Assembly: GCA_963845755.1 (NCBI GenBank)
Contig: CAWJTV010000028.1
Location: forward strand, 192,001 to 256,000
Origin: an uncultured Planctomycetota bacterium
GTDB lineage: Bacteria; Planctomycetota; Planctomycetia; Isosphaerales; Isosphaeraceae
Direction: 5' to 3'
DNA: 64,000 nt
Under the pieces are notes generated by a model, which was given only the letters and a program-made list of their open reading frames with translations, was not told the origin of the DNA and ran no database searches. The position numbers and the translations under genes are program-made. Positions 11,489 to 21,852 of the stretch are shown here, piece by piece; position 1 is the stretch's first letter, and every line of letters starts with the position of its first letter.

Positions 11489-12334
11489 TCAATTGGGGCT
11501 CGTCCCCATCAGCGGCCTGTTCGGCCCGAAGCAGACCAGGGTGATGTCGTCGGCCTGGGCGCGGCCGCGCGCGAACTCCTGGATCTCGCGAAGGATCGCT
11601 GCGCCGACCGATTCGGGTCCGCCAACGGCCCCCTCGATGCACTTCAGGAGCCGGCGGTTCTCCTGGGTATCGTATAGCTCCTCCATCGGGTTGCGTGAAT
11701 CGGTCACACCGTCGGAATAGACGACCGCCACATCGCCGGGCTGGAGTTCGACATCATCCTGCTGGTAGAACGCCTCGGGCACGACGCCGATTGGAAAACC
11801 CCCGAGATACTTGCCCAGCTCTTCGACCGTCCCATCGGCCCGACGCAGCAGCGCGGGGGGATGCCCGGCCGAGCAAACCTGCAGCCGACCTGTGTCTGCA
11901 TGAAGCACCATCAAACTGAGGGTGATAAATCGCTCGTCAACGCCGGTTTCGCAGACTGCGGCGTTCAGCGCACGCGCGGCGCCGGCCGCCGAGTCCTCGG
12001 CCAGGAGGTTGAGGCGCGTGTCGCCGGAGAATTTCGCCATGATCAGTGCCGCCGCAATCCCTTTTCCCGAGACATCTCCCAGCGCGATCCCCAGACGATT
12101 CTCAGACAACGGCACGAAATCGTAGTAGTCACCGCCGACCTCATGGGCGGCCTGGTAGTAGGCGAAGAACTCGTAGCCGGGTCGCGCCGGCAAAGACCGC
12201 GGCAAGAGCTGGTGCTGCACCTGCTCGGCGAGCTTCAGCTCGCAAGCCAGCCGCTCATGCTCCAGCAGTAGTTCCTGGAACGCCGCGTCCTGGGGCAAGT
12301 TTGCCGACGGACCGGCGGCGGACCGGTCGTCCAC
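11489..12334 (-). CDS. PP2C/SpoIIE-family Ser phosphatase (start uncertain)
   Basis: VGGDYYD, GDVSGKG, SAGHPP, YSDGVTD and DDITLV motifs. Confidence 0.88.
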   Translation of the reverse strand: MDDRSAAGPSANLPQDAAFQELLLEHERLACELKLAEQVQHQLLPRSLPARPGYEFFAYYQAAHEVGGDYYDFVPLSENRLGIALGDVSGKGIAAALIMAKFSGDTRLNLLAEDSAAGAARALNAAVCETGVDERFITLSLMVLHADTGRLQVCSAGHPPALLRRADGTVEELGKYLGGFPIGVVPEAFYQQDDVELQPGDVAVVYSDGVTDSRNPMEELYDTQENRRLLKCIEGAVGGPESVGAAILREIQEFARGRAQADDITLVCFGPNRPLMGTSPN

Positions 12335-12601
12335 AGTCGTCCGACCCGAACCCAGCCCGTCAGTCCACTCGCCGGTTCGGCCTTGGCTGGCTCCCGAGCG
12401 CGACCGGATCGCGCACGACTGGCTCATCGACCCGGAGGCCAGACCTCTCCAGGACCTCGTCAAATCGGTCGCCATGGCGCTCGGGACGAATCCCGTGGAA
12501 GTCGCCGGAGCCAGCATATTCAGGTTTGTGCAGGAATAGAATGCCATTGGTGCAACTCCCAGAAGCAGGGGTCGTCTCCGGTGGAAGGACCGCTGTCGCG
12601 A

Positions 12602-12617
12602 TGCAACCCATCGGCCG
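12602..12617 (-). promoter_or_regulatory. Possible sigma54 promoter for the PP2C gene
   Basis: Minus strand CGGCCG-ATGGG-TTGCA (GG-N10-GC). Confidence 0.3.
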
Positions 12618-12883
12618 ACACCTCTCCTGATGCAGCCGGCGTACCAATGGGCCAGGTCATCCTCGTTTCCGGCCGTCTCGAAGGGTTTCCCCAGGTCCTT
12701 CATGTGACCGGCCACTGGTTCCTGGCCGAAGTGGCTCCATCCTGCCCGAAGCGGGTTACCGGCCGTCTGGCGCCGGATCGCTTCGACAACCGGTGTGGAT
12801 CGCCAAACTGCGGTGATTGCTCATCGCCAGAGAGGCGTCGGAACGGAAGATTGCCGTGCAGGTGACCGCCGGACTTGCCGAGT

Positions 12884-12921
12884 TGGGCGGTATTCCCCCG
12901 CCGATGGAGGGAATCCGCCCA
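12884..12921. promoter_or_regulatory. Putative enhancer (UAS) copy 1
   Basis: TGGGC-GGTATTC-CCCC-GCCGAT-GGAG-GGAATCC-GCCCA; matches three other copies. Confidence 0.55.
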
Positions 12922-13051
12922 CTCGCGACCTCGATCCGGCCTTCCGTGTCGGGCCGAAATCGATTTCCCAGCGAGGCGATCGCGGCCCATCGACTCGCCC
13001 CAGAACGAGTTGTGTGGAGCGATCGGGCGGGGTTCCCTCCCGGGACCGGAT

Positions 13052-13067
13052 TGGTACGGCGCTCGCG
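13052..13067 (+). promoter_or_regulatory. Possible sigma54 promoter for the RND operon
   Basis: TGGTAC-GGCGC-TCGCG (GG-N10-GC), ~130 bp downstream of UAS copy 1. Confidence 0.4.
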
Positions 13068-13218
13068 TTACTGGGATCTCGAGAGGACGTGCCAGGTCCA
13101 AGCCGGCAGAAGACTCCGTCGCGCTAAGTCGAGGCGGGATCGCCGATGCGGTCTTTCGGGTCTGGAGTGTGGAGGCTGGCCGATTGCGGGCCTCCGGATC
13201 CAGGCCGTAGGTGTTCTG

Positions 13219-15864
13219 ATGAATCCGATCCATATTGCCCTACGCCGCCCCTATACCGTCATCGTTGCCATCCTCGGCATCGTGCTGGGAAGCATCTTCG
13301 CCATTCTGCGAATGCCGATCGACATCTTTCCCAACCTGAATCTCCCCGTCATCTACGTCATTCAGGCCTACGGAGGCATGGACCCATCACAGATGGAGGG
13401 GCTGATCACCAATTACTATGAGTATCACTTTCTCTACATCAGCGGCATCCATCACGTCGAGTCGCGGAACATCCAGAGCTCGGCTCTGATGAAGCTCTAC
13501 TTCCACCCCGGCACGGACATGGCCCAGGCTATGGCGGAAACGATCGCGTACGTCAACCGATCGCGATCGTTCATGCCGCCGGGCACCGTGCCGCCCGACG
13601 TGGTCCGGTTCGATACAGGTAGTGTCCCAGTCGGTTACCTGGTGCTCTCCAGCGAGACTCGGAGCATCGGCGAGATCCAGGATCTCGCACTGTTCCGCGT
13701 GCGGCCGATCTTCGCCAGCCTGCCGGGTGTGTCTGCGCCACCGCCTTTCGGCGGCAATCAGCGGACCCTGGTGGTGCGGGTGGATCCCGATCGACTGCGA
13801 TCCTACAACCTCTCTCCCGACGACGTCGTGACCGCCCTGAAAGCCGGTAATTCGATCAGCCCTTCCGGCAACGCCCGCATCAAGAACCAGATGCCGATCG
13901 TGCCGGTCAATTCCATGGTCCGGGCCGTCGGAGAACTGGGAAGCATTCCGCTCCGATTGGGCGAGAAGGTCTACCTGCGCGACATCGCCACGATCGAGGA
14001 CGGCACCGATATCCCCAGCGGACACACCTTGTTGAACGGCCGGCGCCGATCTTTATGTTGGTCACCAAACGAGCCGACGCGTCAACCCTCTCTGTCGTCA
14101 ACGAGGTCAAGGCGTCCCTTCCCGCAACGAAGGCCGTCTTGCCGCAAGATATCGACGTGTCGCTTTGAGTTCGACCAGTCCCTCTACGTGACCCGGTCCA
14201 TCGATGAAGTCGGCCGCGAGGGCCTGTTGGGGGCCTTACTCACCGGGTTGATGGTGCTCGTGTTCCTGCGCGACTGGCGCACGGTCATCATGGTGATTCT
14301 GAACATCCCCATCGCTCTGGTGGCGGCCCTGTTTGCCCTCTGGTTGACCGGCCAGACGATCAATCTGATGACCCTGGGCGGCCTGGCCCTGTCCGTGGGC
14401 ATCCTGGTGGATATGTCCACGGTCGAAGTCGAGAATATCCACACCCATCTGGACAAGGCTCCTTCTGTGGCGCGAGCTGCCCTGCGAAGCAACCAGGAGA
14501 CCGCCGTACCCCGATTATTGGCCATGCTCTGTGTCCTGGCGGTCTTCCTGCCGTCGTTCTTCATGGAAGGCGCCGCTCGCGAACTGTTCGTGCCGCTTTC
14601 GCTCTCGGTCGGCTTCGCCATGGTGGCCGCCTATTTCCTCTCCAGCAGCTTCGTTCCCGTCATGGCGGCCTGGATCTTGCGTTCTTCTCATGCCGATGCC
14701 CGGCGAATGGGCGATTCTCCTTCGCCCGGCTCCGCGCCGGATATGCCCTCGTCCTGAGCGCCCTGATGCCATGGCGATGGCTTCTGGTGGGCGTCTATCT
14801 CCTCGCGAGCGGCTTGGTGATCGTACTGGTGGGAAGCCGGCTGGGCCTGGAAATCTTCCCCAGGGTGAATGCCGGCGAGTTCCAGCTCCGGCTCCGCGCC
14901 CGGACGGCACCCGGCTCGAAGTCACCGAGGAACTTGCCGGCGAGGCGATGCGGTTGATCCGGGACGAGTTCTCCCAAGAGACCGGCAGGGACCAGGTGGC
15001 GATCTCCCTGGGCTACTGTGGACTGCACCCCACCAGCTACACGATAAATAATATGTACTTATGGATGCGTGGGCCGGAAGAAGCCATGCTCCGCGTTGGC
15101 TTGAAGAAAGGGAGCGGCCTGGAGATCGATGCGTTGCAGGAGCAGTTGCGCGAGGGATTGCCGCGCCGCCTCGAGGAATGGTTCCGCGATCGTCTCCGGC
15201 GCGAGGGATTACCGGCCGATGCAGTCGCCCAGAGGTTGGGCGCGCTGCGGTTCTCCTTCGAGCCGGCCGACATCGTCAACCAGATCATGAGCTTCGGGTC
15301 TCCGACCCCCATCGAGGTGGCCATCAGCGGACCCAATTTCGCCGACAACCAGTGCACGCGCGAAAAGTGTTCGCCGAGCTCGCCCGGATTCCCTCCTTGC
15401 GGGATCTGCAATTCGGCCAGTCGCTGGATTACCCGGCGGTGGCCGTGAAGATCGACCGTGAAAAAGCTGGCCTCAGTGGAGTGACGGCGGCGGACGTGGC
15501 GCGATCCCTGGTCTCGGCGACATCGTCCAGCCGGTTCGTGGAGCCCATCTTCTGGGCTGATCCGAGCACCGGCATAGGCTACTACACCCAGGTGGAGATT
15601 CCCCCTTACCGGATGAACTCGCCAGGGGAGATCGGCATGGTACCCCTCAAAGGCAATGCTGGAGGAAAACTGCTGGTCCGCGACGTCGCCGAGGTCCGTG
15701 AGGGGACCACGCCAGGCGAATATGACCGGTACAACATGCGACGGCTGGTGACCATCACGGCAAACATCCAGGGCGAGGACCTTGGACGAGTGATTCGCCG
15801 ATTACACCAGGCTCTGCGGCTGGCCGGCGAGCCGACTGCGCGGCTCGCTCCATTGGACTGTTGA
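13219..15864 (+). CDS. RND efflux permease (AcrB/CzcA superfamily); several frameshifts, C-terminal TM region missing
   Basis: [47 protein letters not shown] spread over successive frames; ends at LAGEP without the final TM helices. Confidence 0.82.
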
Positions 15865-15874
15865 GTAACCCGCG

Positions 15875-17042
15875 GATATCGAGACTTTCCGAAGAGACCC
15901 CGATCGTCCCGAGGATCTCCGGGTATGTCCAGAAGTGGAATGTTGACATCGGCGACCACGTGAAGAAAGGCGAGATCCTGGCCGTGCTGTGGATCCCGGA
16001 CATGGTGGAGGAGCTCAACCAGAGAAAGGTCGAAGTCCAGCAGGCTCGCAAGCGGTTCGAAGTCGCCGAGGCCCATCTGGCCGCGACCGCGGCCGAGGTG
16101 GAGGAAGCCAAGGCCGGCCTGCGCCGGGCCGAGGCCAACGCCAAGTATTGCCGGATGCAATACGATCGCATCACTCAGTTGACCGATATGGCCGTCATCA
16201 ACAAGCAGGTCAAGGAAGAAAATTGGAATCGTCTGGAGTCGGCCGAGGCGGGTGTGAACGAAGCGGAGGCCAAAGTGACCCGCACAGAGGCGAACCAAGC
16301 GGAGAGTGCCGCCGAGCGGATAAGGCCCAGGTTGAGATCGACGTGGCCAGGGCCGCCCAGGAGCGGATGCAGTCCGTCGTGGACTATGCCACCTTGTCGG
16401 CTCCCTTCGACGGAGTCGTCACCCGGAGAACCGTCAACACGGGAGATTATGTCAAGCCTCCGAGCGCCGCCGAGGAGCGTCCGCTCTATGTCGTCCAGCG
16501 CCGCGACGTGATGCGCGTCTTCGTGGAAGTGCCGGAAGCCGATGCCGTGTGGGTGAAAGCCGGGTCTCCCACGCGCATTCGCATCCCGATCCTGAAGGAC
16601 CGAACTTATTGCGGCGGCGTGAAACGCATGACGTATTCTCTGAAACCGCAATCACGAACCTTGCGCGGAGATCGATCTGCCGAATCCCGAAGACCACCTA
16701 CGGTCCGGCATGTACGCTCATGCCGCTATCCAGATCGAGCGGGCGAATGTCCTGACCTTGCCTGCCTCGGCGGTCGCCACTCAAGGTGACGTCAACGAAG
16801 GCTATCGCGACTACTGTTTCCTGCTGGAGGACGGCAAGCTCCAGCGCACGTGGATCGAGGTCGGATCGCGCGGTGATCGGCGGGTGCAGGTCTTGAGGAA
16901 GCAGGTTCACGGTGCCTGGCAGAATTTCAATGGTGAGGAACACGTCGTTCAGAGCGGGCTCGCATCCCTGGTCGATGGCCAGGAAGTCACCATTGTCCCA
17001 ATCCAGGAAGAGGCCGCGGGAACGTTGCACGCGGCCCAATGA
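15875..17042 (+). CDS. RND periplasmic adaptor (MFP); N-terminus missing, frameshifted
   Basis: EETPIVPRISGYVQKWNVDIGDHVKKG, LSAPFDGVVTRRTVNTGD, GMYAHAAI...LTLPASAV. Confidence 0.8.
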
Positions 17043-17079
17043 TTCTCGAGGGATCCGGACGGCTCCTCACCGAGCGCGG

Positions 17080-18143
17080 TCAACAAAAAGCCGTCGTGGT
17101 CACGACCGGTCGCGCCTCCGGCACCGCCGTGTAACGACGGGTCGGGTCGACCATGAACCCGATGCGTTGCGATCCCTCGATGCCGTCCGACGCGACGGCG
17201 ACGGCCTCCAGGGCGTGCTCTCCCTTGGCCAGTCGATCGCCGTGCAGCGGTCCCGACCAGTACCCGTCGCTGGACGGTTCCAGGTCGGCCCACGTCGCCT
17301 CGTCGATGCGGTAACGGACGGAAGACACCGGTGACTCGGACCAGGCGCGCACGACCACCCGGTCGGATCCGCTGACGATATGACGGGGGCCGGTCGCCAG
17401 GAGCCGCTCGCGCGGGTGCGTGATCAGCACAAGGGGGCCGCGGTCCTCGATCGACCGGTACATCACCGACAAATCGTCGCCGTCGAAGTGCAGAAGGGTA
17501 TAGCCCGGCGGCCCGCCCTCGGGGTCGCCGATCGAGCGGGTGGCGATCGCGAGATTCCGTCCGTCGTTAGCGACCTGCCAGTAATGGGTGTGTCCGCTGA
17601 GGATCGCCTCGACGCGCCGCGTCTGGACGATCGTGCGCCGACTCGTCGATGCCCGGCCCGTCGAAGTCTTCCCAGATCTGGTACGGGTAGTTGTGCTGGA
17701 AGAGTACCACGCGTTGGCCCGACGAGAGCGCCGAGTTCGACCTCGCCGCGGAACCAACCGATCTGGTTGGCCGAGAGCCCTACGGGCCGCGATTCCTGCG
17801 TGTTGAGCCGGATGAACGTGAACCCGCGCAGCGCGATCACGCCGTACGGATCGCCGACATGCTGGCGGAATCCCGGGGCCATCGGATCGTCCTTCACGTC
17901 GTGATCGCCAATCAGGGCGTAGTAAGGGACCTTCAATCGGCCCCGAATCTGGTCGAAGAGTCGGAACTGCGCCTCGGTCGCATCCTGGACGTTATCCCCG
18001 ATGAACTGGACGAAGTCCGGGCGGATGCGCTCGTTAACGTCGTCCACGACCCAGGAGGCGACCTGGACGTTCTCCCGGTCGGGCTCGGTCAGGTGCAAGT
18101 CTCCCGGAACGACGACCACGACCGGATCATCGTGATTGCTCAT
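17080..18143 (-). CDS. Calcineurin-like metallophosphoesterase with C-terminal Ig-like domain; frameshifts ~17630-17740
   Basis: GDLH, GDNV, GDHD and SGHTH motifs. Confidence 0.85.
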
Positions 18144-19498
18144 GATGGACTGGTCTCCTTGGCTGGAAACAGAACGGAATCGGCTACACTGGGAATCGGC
18201 TGCGTGGAGAGCTTCACAGACGGGGTGGGTGTCGAGAGGAGGGTCTCGGGCATCGCGACCGCGAAGAAGACCAGGGCCGAGGCGGCGATCACCGCGAGCA
18301 TCAGAAACCCGGCGTCGAACCCCGCTGCATTGACGACGACCCCCGTCGCCAAGTTGCTCAGCGCCGCACCGATCCCCGTCGCGGTGGCCAGCGCACCTTG
18401 CATCAGGTTGAACCGGCCGGTGCCGCGGGTCAGGTCGGCAATAACCAGCACGCCGACGACGCCAAAGATCCCCGCTCCGATCCCGTCCAGAAGTTGCACG
18501 GCGACCAGGTAGCGTGGGTCGTTGCTGAAGGCGTAGAGGACGCCGCGGATCGGCAGCACCGCGAAGCCGATGAGGAACGTCCGTTTTCGTCCCCAGGATT
18601 CGGCGAGGCGGCTGGCCATGAGGGCTACGGGGATCATTACGAGTTGGGCCGCGATGATGGCCGCCGCCATGGGCGTGGCGGCGCCGCGGGTCGCGTCCAC
18701 GGTCATTTTCTGACCGACCATTGGGAGCATCGCCGCGTTGGCGAAGTGGAACAAGACCACCGAGGCCGCGAAGATCGCGATCCGGCGATCGGCTAGCAGC
18801 TCGCCGATGGTCGCGATCCGGGAGGCTTTGGCCTTCGAGAGGGTGCCGGCGTGGGCAAGATCCTCGTCGAACATCGGTGCGCCGCGGATCTCCGATGAAT
18901 CGGTCTCCCCGCCGCGTGCCCGCGCGGCGTCAATGTCCGCCCCGCGGATCAGCCAGGTGGCGACGATGCCTCCCAGGCACATCACCGCAGCCAGGACAAA
19001 GATCGCCCCATAACCGATCGAGTCGCCGATAAACCCGGCCAGGGCCGCGATGGTGACATTCCCCGTATGGTCGAGGGCCTGGTTGCGACCCATGCGCCGG
19101 GAGAGTCCGGCGTGACCGACCAGCCCCAGGCTGACAGCCGCCAGCGCCGGGGCGAAGACGGCACCGGCGGCTCCGATCATCGCCTGGGCCGAGAGGACGA
19201 TCGGTGGCGTGGGCCAGAAGACCATGGTTATCGCGCCCGCCGCGACCAGGGCAAAGGCCAGGGTGATGATCCTTCGCTTCTCGCGTACCACGTCGATGAG
19301 CGCACCGGCGGGCGTCTGGGCGACGAGCCCGGCGACGCTCATCACCGCCATCGCGACCCCGATCCGTGCGGGGTCCCAGCGATGGACCGAGGCCAGATAG
19401 ATGGCCAGGAACGGCCCCAGACCGCCCCGCACGTCTGCCAGGATCAGGTAAAGCGCATCGAGCGCGAACAGGCTCCGCCGCGATGGAGATTCACTCAT
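18140..19498 (-). CDS. MFS transporter
   Basis: 12 predicted TM segments; LAESWGRK loop motif; DLTRGTGRFN. Confidence 0.92.
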   Translation of the reverse strand: MSESPSRRSLFALDALYLILADVRGGLGPFLAIYLASVHRWDPARIGVAMAVMSVAGLVAQTPAGALIDVVREKRRIITLAFALVAAGAITMVFWPTPPIVLSAQAMIGAAGAVFAPALAAVSLGLVGHAGLSRRMGRNQALDHTGNVTIAALAGFIGDSIGYGAIFVLAAVMCLGGIVATWLIRGADIDAARARGGETDSSEIRGAPMFDEDLAHAGTLSKAKASRIATIGELLADRRIAIFAASVVLFHFANAAMLPMVGQKMTVDATRGAATPMAAAIIAAQLVMIPVALMASRLAESWGRKRTFLIGFAVLPIRGVLYAFSNDPRYLVAVQLLDGIGAGIFGVVGVLVIADLTRGTGRFNLMQGALATATGIGAALSNLATGVVVNAAGFDAGFLMLAVIAASALVFFAVAMPETLLSTPTPSVKLSTQPIPSVADSVLFPAKETSPS

Positions 19499-19706
19499 GC
19501 TTCGCCGTCCTTTCGACCCGGAAGACGAGCGATCGCGGGCGGATCATCGCGGCCTCGGACCCGGCCGCGTGCTTTCGATTGACGGCCTGGTGCCAGAATC
19601 GGGCAGCCGTCTTGAGCAGGATCCAGGCCGCGGCCATCGACAAGTAGCCGATGCCCAACCCCCGGACGAGCGGCAGAAATATCATGTCGAGGGCATTCAA
19701 GGTCAT
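19491..19706 (-). CDS. Small single-TM hypothetical protein
   Basis: MTLNALDMIFLPLVRGLGIGYLSMAAAWILL; GGAG upstream; overlaps the MFS start. Confidence 0.5.
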   Translation of the reverse strand: MTLNALDMIFLPLVRGLGIGYLSMAAAWILLKTAARFWHQAVNRKHAAGSEAAMIRPRSLVFRVERTAKHE

Positions 19707-19801
19707 GGGTTGCACTCCGTCGGTCGATGTCTTTCCCTCATCCCGGCCGCCACGTTGACGTCGGTCTCGCGACTCCGGCGGGGGTTGTTGAGCGTGTGAG
19801 A

Positions 19802-19817
19802 AGCACGGACTGTGCCA
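19802..19817 (-). promoter_or_regulatory. Sigma54 -24/-12 promoter
   Basis: Minus strand TGGCAC-AGTCC-GTGCT upstream of the 19706 operon. Confidence 0.65.
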
Positions 19818-19902
19818 CGGAGCGGAGATTCGCGCAGGAAGGCTCTGGACCACCACTTGCGAGAATCGGACGGCTGAAATCGGACCCCGGCCATCGAGGC
19901 TG

Positions 19903-19942
19903 TGGGCGAAGAAGCCCCGGCCCTATGGGGGAAGTCCGCTCG
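19903..19942. promoter_or_regulatory. Putative enhancer (UAS) copy 2
   Basis: TGGGC-GAAGAAG-CCCC-GGCCCTAT-GGGG-GAAGTCC-GCTCG. Confidence 0.55.
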
Positions 19943-19982
19943 CCCGGGGACCGGTGAACGAAAACCGTGGCCAGGTGCTTAG
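19936..19982 (-). repeat. 47-bp end of a MITE-like element, inverted copy of 26023-26069
   Basis: Reverse complement CTAAGCACCTGGCCACGGTTTTCGTTCACCGGTCCCCGGGCGAGCGG; 45/47 identical to 26023-26069. Confidence 0.8.
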
Positions 19983-20224
19983 ACGCACGCCCGCGGATCG
20001 AACGCGCCGGAGTCCTGGTCAGGGAAACGCGGGCTCGGGGAGTCTGCAGGACTCGCCGGCGCAGACGACCAAAGTACGCGGATTCGGGTAGCCAGGTCGC
20101 ATGAGGCATCATTAAATGATGGGAGGGAATAAGAATTGCCTCCTCGCGAGTTCGTCCGGACGCTTCCGGAGTTGGAAGTCCTGTGACCGCGTCAGGAGTT
20201 CGGTCGCGACCCGGGAGAAACACG

Positions 20225-21004
20225 ATGCCGTTGAACGAGATCCGGAGTGATCTGACACAACCCGATGAGGATCGATCGACATTGTCGAGGGCCCTGGGAA
20301 ACCGTCGGTCCGATAACCCGGAGCTGGCGACACGCTCGGACCTGGACGTCAGGGGGATCGGCCGTCGCGATCCCAAGGGCCAGGGCTGGCTGATTCGCGA
20401 TGTGAGCCTGAGCGTTACCTCCGGGGAACGGCTGGGCATCCTCGGCCCCACGGGAGCGGGGAAGAGCGTGTTGTTGAGATCGATGGCGCTGCTCGATCCC
20501 CTCGATATCGGCTCGATCCACTGGCAAGGCCGCGCGATCGCGGGCGATGCCGGCCCTGCATACCGAAGTCAGGTCATTTACCTCCATCAGCGGCCGGCCC
20601 TGCTCGAGGGGACCGTGGAGGACAACCTGCGATACCCCTTCTCGCTCAGGACGCATGTCGCAAAACGGTTTGACCGGGATCGGGTTGCGCACCTCCTGGA
20701 GGGCCTGGGCCGACCCACGACGTTCCTGGGAAAGCTCTGCCGCGATCTTTCGGGAGGCGAGGCCCAGATCGTCGCGCTGCTCCGGGCGATCCAGCTCGAC
20801 CCGGCCATGCTCCTGCTGGACGAGCCGACCGCCTCGCTCGATCCAGCCACGGCCAGAGACGTCGAGGGGCTGATCGACGGCTGGTTTGCGGAGGGAGCGC
20901 GAACGCGGTCGCTGGTCTGGGTCAGTCACGACAGGGAGCAGGCCCTCCGCGTCACGGACCGGAAATTACATGTGCGAGCCGGGCGCGTGGACTCGGAGGA
21001 ATGA
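20225..21004 (+). CDS. fetA: ABC transporter ATP-binding protein (FetA/YbbL-like)
   Basis: GPTGAGKS, LSGGE, LLLDEPTASLD, WVSHD; start uncertain. Confidence 0.82.
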   Translation: MPLNEIRSDLTQPDEDRSTLSRALGNRRSDNPELATRSDLDVRGIGRRDPKGQGWLIRDVSLSVTSGERLGILGPTGAGKSVLLRSMALLDPLDIGSIHWQGRAIAGDAGPAYRSQVIYLHQRPALLEGTVEDNLRYPFSLRTHVAKRFDRDRVAHLLEGLGRPTTFLGKLCRDLSGGEAQIVALLRAIQLDPAMLLLDEPTASLDPATARDVEGLIDGWFAEGARTRSLVWVSHDREQALRVTDRKLHVRAGRVDSEE

Positions 21005-21005
21005 C

Positions 21006-21824
21006 ATGGCCAAGACATATATCGAACTCTCGTATTACCAGGTGGGGCTCGCGGCCCTGCTCATCCTGATCAATGGGGTCGTCTCGGTCCTGCTGAGGCT
21101 CGAGCTTGAACGCCGGCTTTTGCTCGCCGCGGCCTGCACGACGGTGCAGTTGATCCTGGTCGGGCTGGTCCTCGAGTGGGTGTTCCGGGTCGATCGCTGG
21201 TACGTCGTGCTGGGACTGATGCTCGTCATGACCCTCGTCGCGGGCGTGGCCGCGACTCAGAGGACCGCCGTGCGCTATCCCGGGATCTGGGCGCGGAGCC
21301 TGGCCTCCGTCTGGGGCGGCTCGTGGCTGGTCGCCGCGCTGGCGCTGACCGTCATCGTGCGGGTCGAGCCGTGGTACACGCCGCAGTACGCCATCCCCCT
21401 GCTCGGGATGATCCTGGGCAATACGCTCAACGGCGTCTCGCTGGGCCTCGACCGGCTCGGCGGCGAGCTCACCGCGCGTCGCCAACACGTCGAGGCGCTG
21501 CTCGCCCTCGGGGCAACCCGCTGGGAAGCCGCCCGCCCGATGATCCAGCAAGCCATCCGGACCGGGCTGATCCCGACGATCAACGCGATGATGGTCGTCG
21601 GGATCGTCAGTCTGCCGGGAATGATGACCGGACAGATCCTCGCCGGGGCCAGCCCCGTCGAGGCGGTGAAATACCAGATCGTCATCATGTTCCTGATCGC
21701 CTCGGCCGCTGCGCTCGGCACTGTCTCGGTCGTTCTGCTGAGCTATCGGCGGCTGTTCAACGAACACCACCAGTTCCTCGATGCGCTGATCACCGAACGA
21801 CGGTCGGCCCGGCAACGCGGGTGA
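21006..21824 (+). CDS. fetB: ABC permease FetB/YbbM (UPF0014)
   Basis: IPLLGMILGN, LALGATRWEA, VGIVSLPGMMTGQILAG..AVKYQI. Confidence 0.9.
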   Translation: MAKTYIELSYYQVGLAALLILINGVVSVLLRLELERRLLLAAACTTVQLILVGLVLEWVFRVDRWYVVLGLMLVMTLVAGVAATQRTAVRYPGIWARSLASVWGGSWLVAALALTVIVRVEPWYTPQYAIPLLGMILGNTLNGVSLGLDRLGGELTARRQHVEALLALGATRWEAARPMIQQAIRTGLIPTINAMMVVGIVSLPGMMTGQILAGASPVEAVKYQIVIMFLIASAAALGTVSVVLLSYRRLFNEHHQFLDALITERRSARQRG

Positions 21825-21852
21825 TGCCGGTGAAACGGCTGTTCTTGGTCGC

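Noticed and set aside
12335..13218. Long N-terminal extensions on the PP2C (to 12715) and RND (from 12817) ORFs
   Set aside because: The translations are low-complexity and non-homologous, and the region holds promoter and enhancer-like motifs, so it is treated as intergenic.
19799..19820. AAGCACGGACTGTGCCACGG as the missing second TIR of the left MITE copy
   Set aside because: The match needs a gap, and the sequence is better explained as the sigma54 -24/-12 box on the minus strand.
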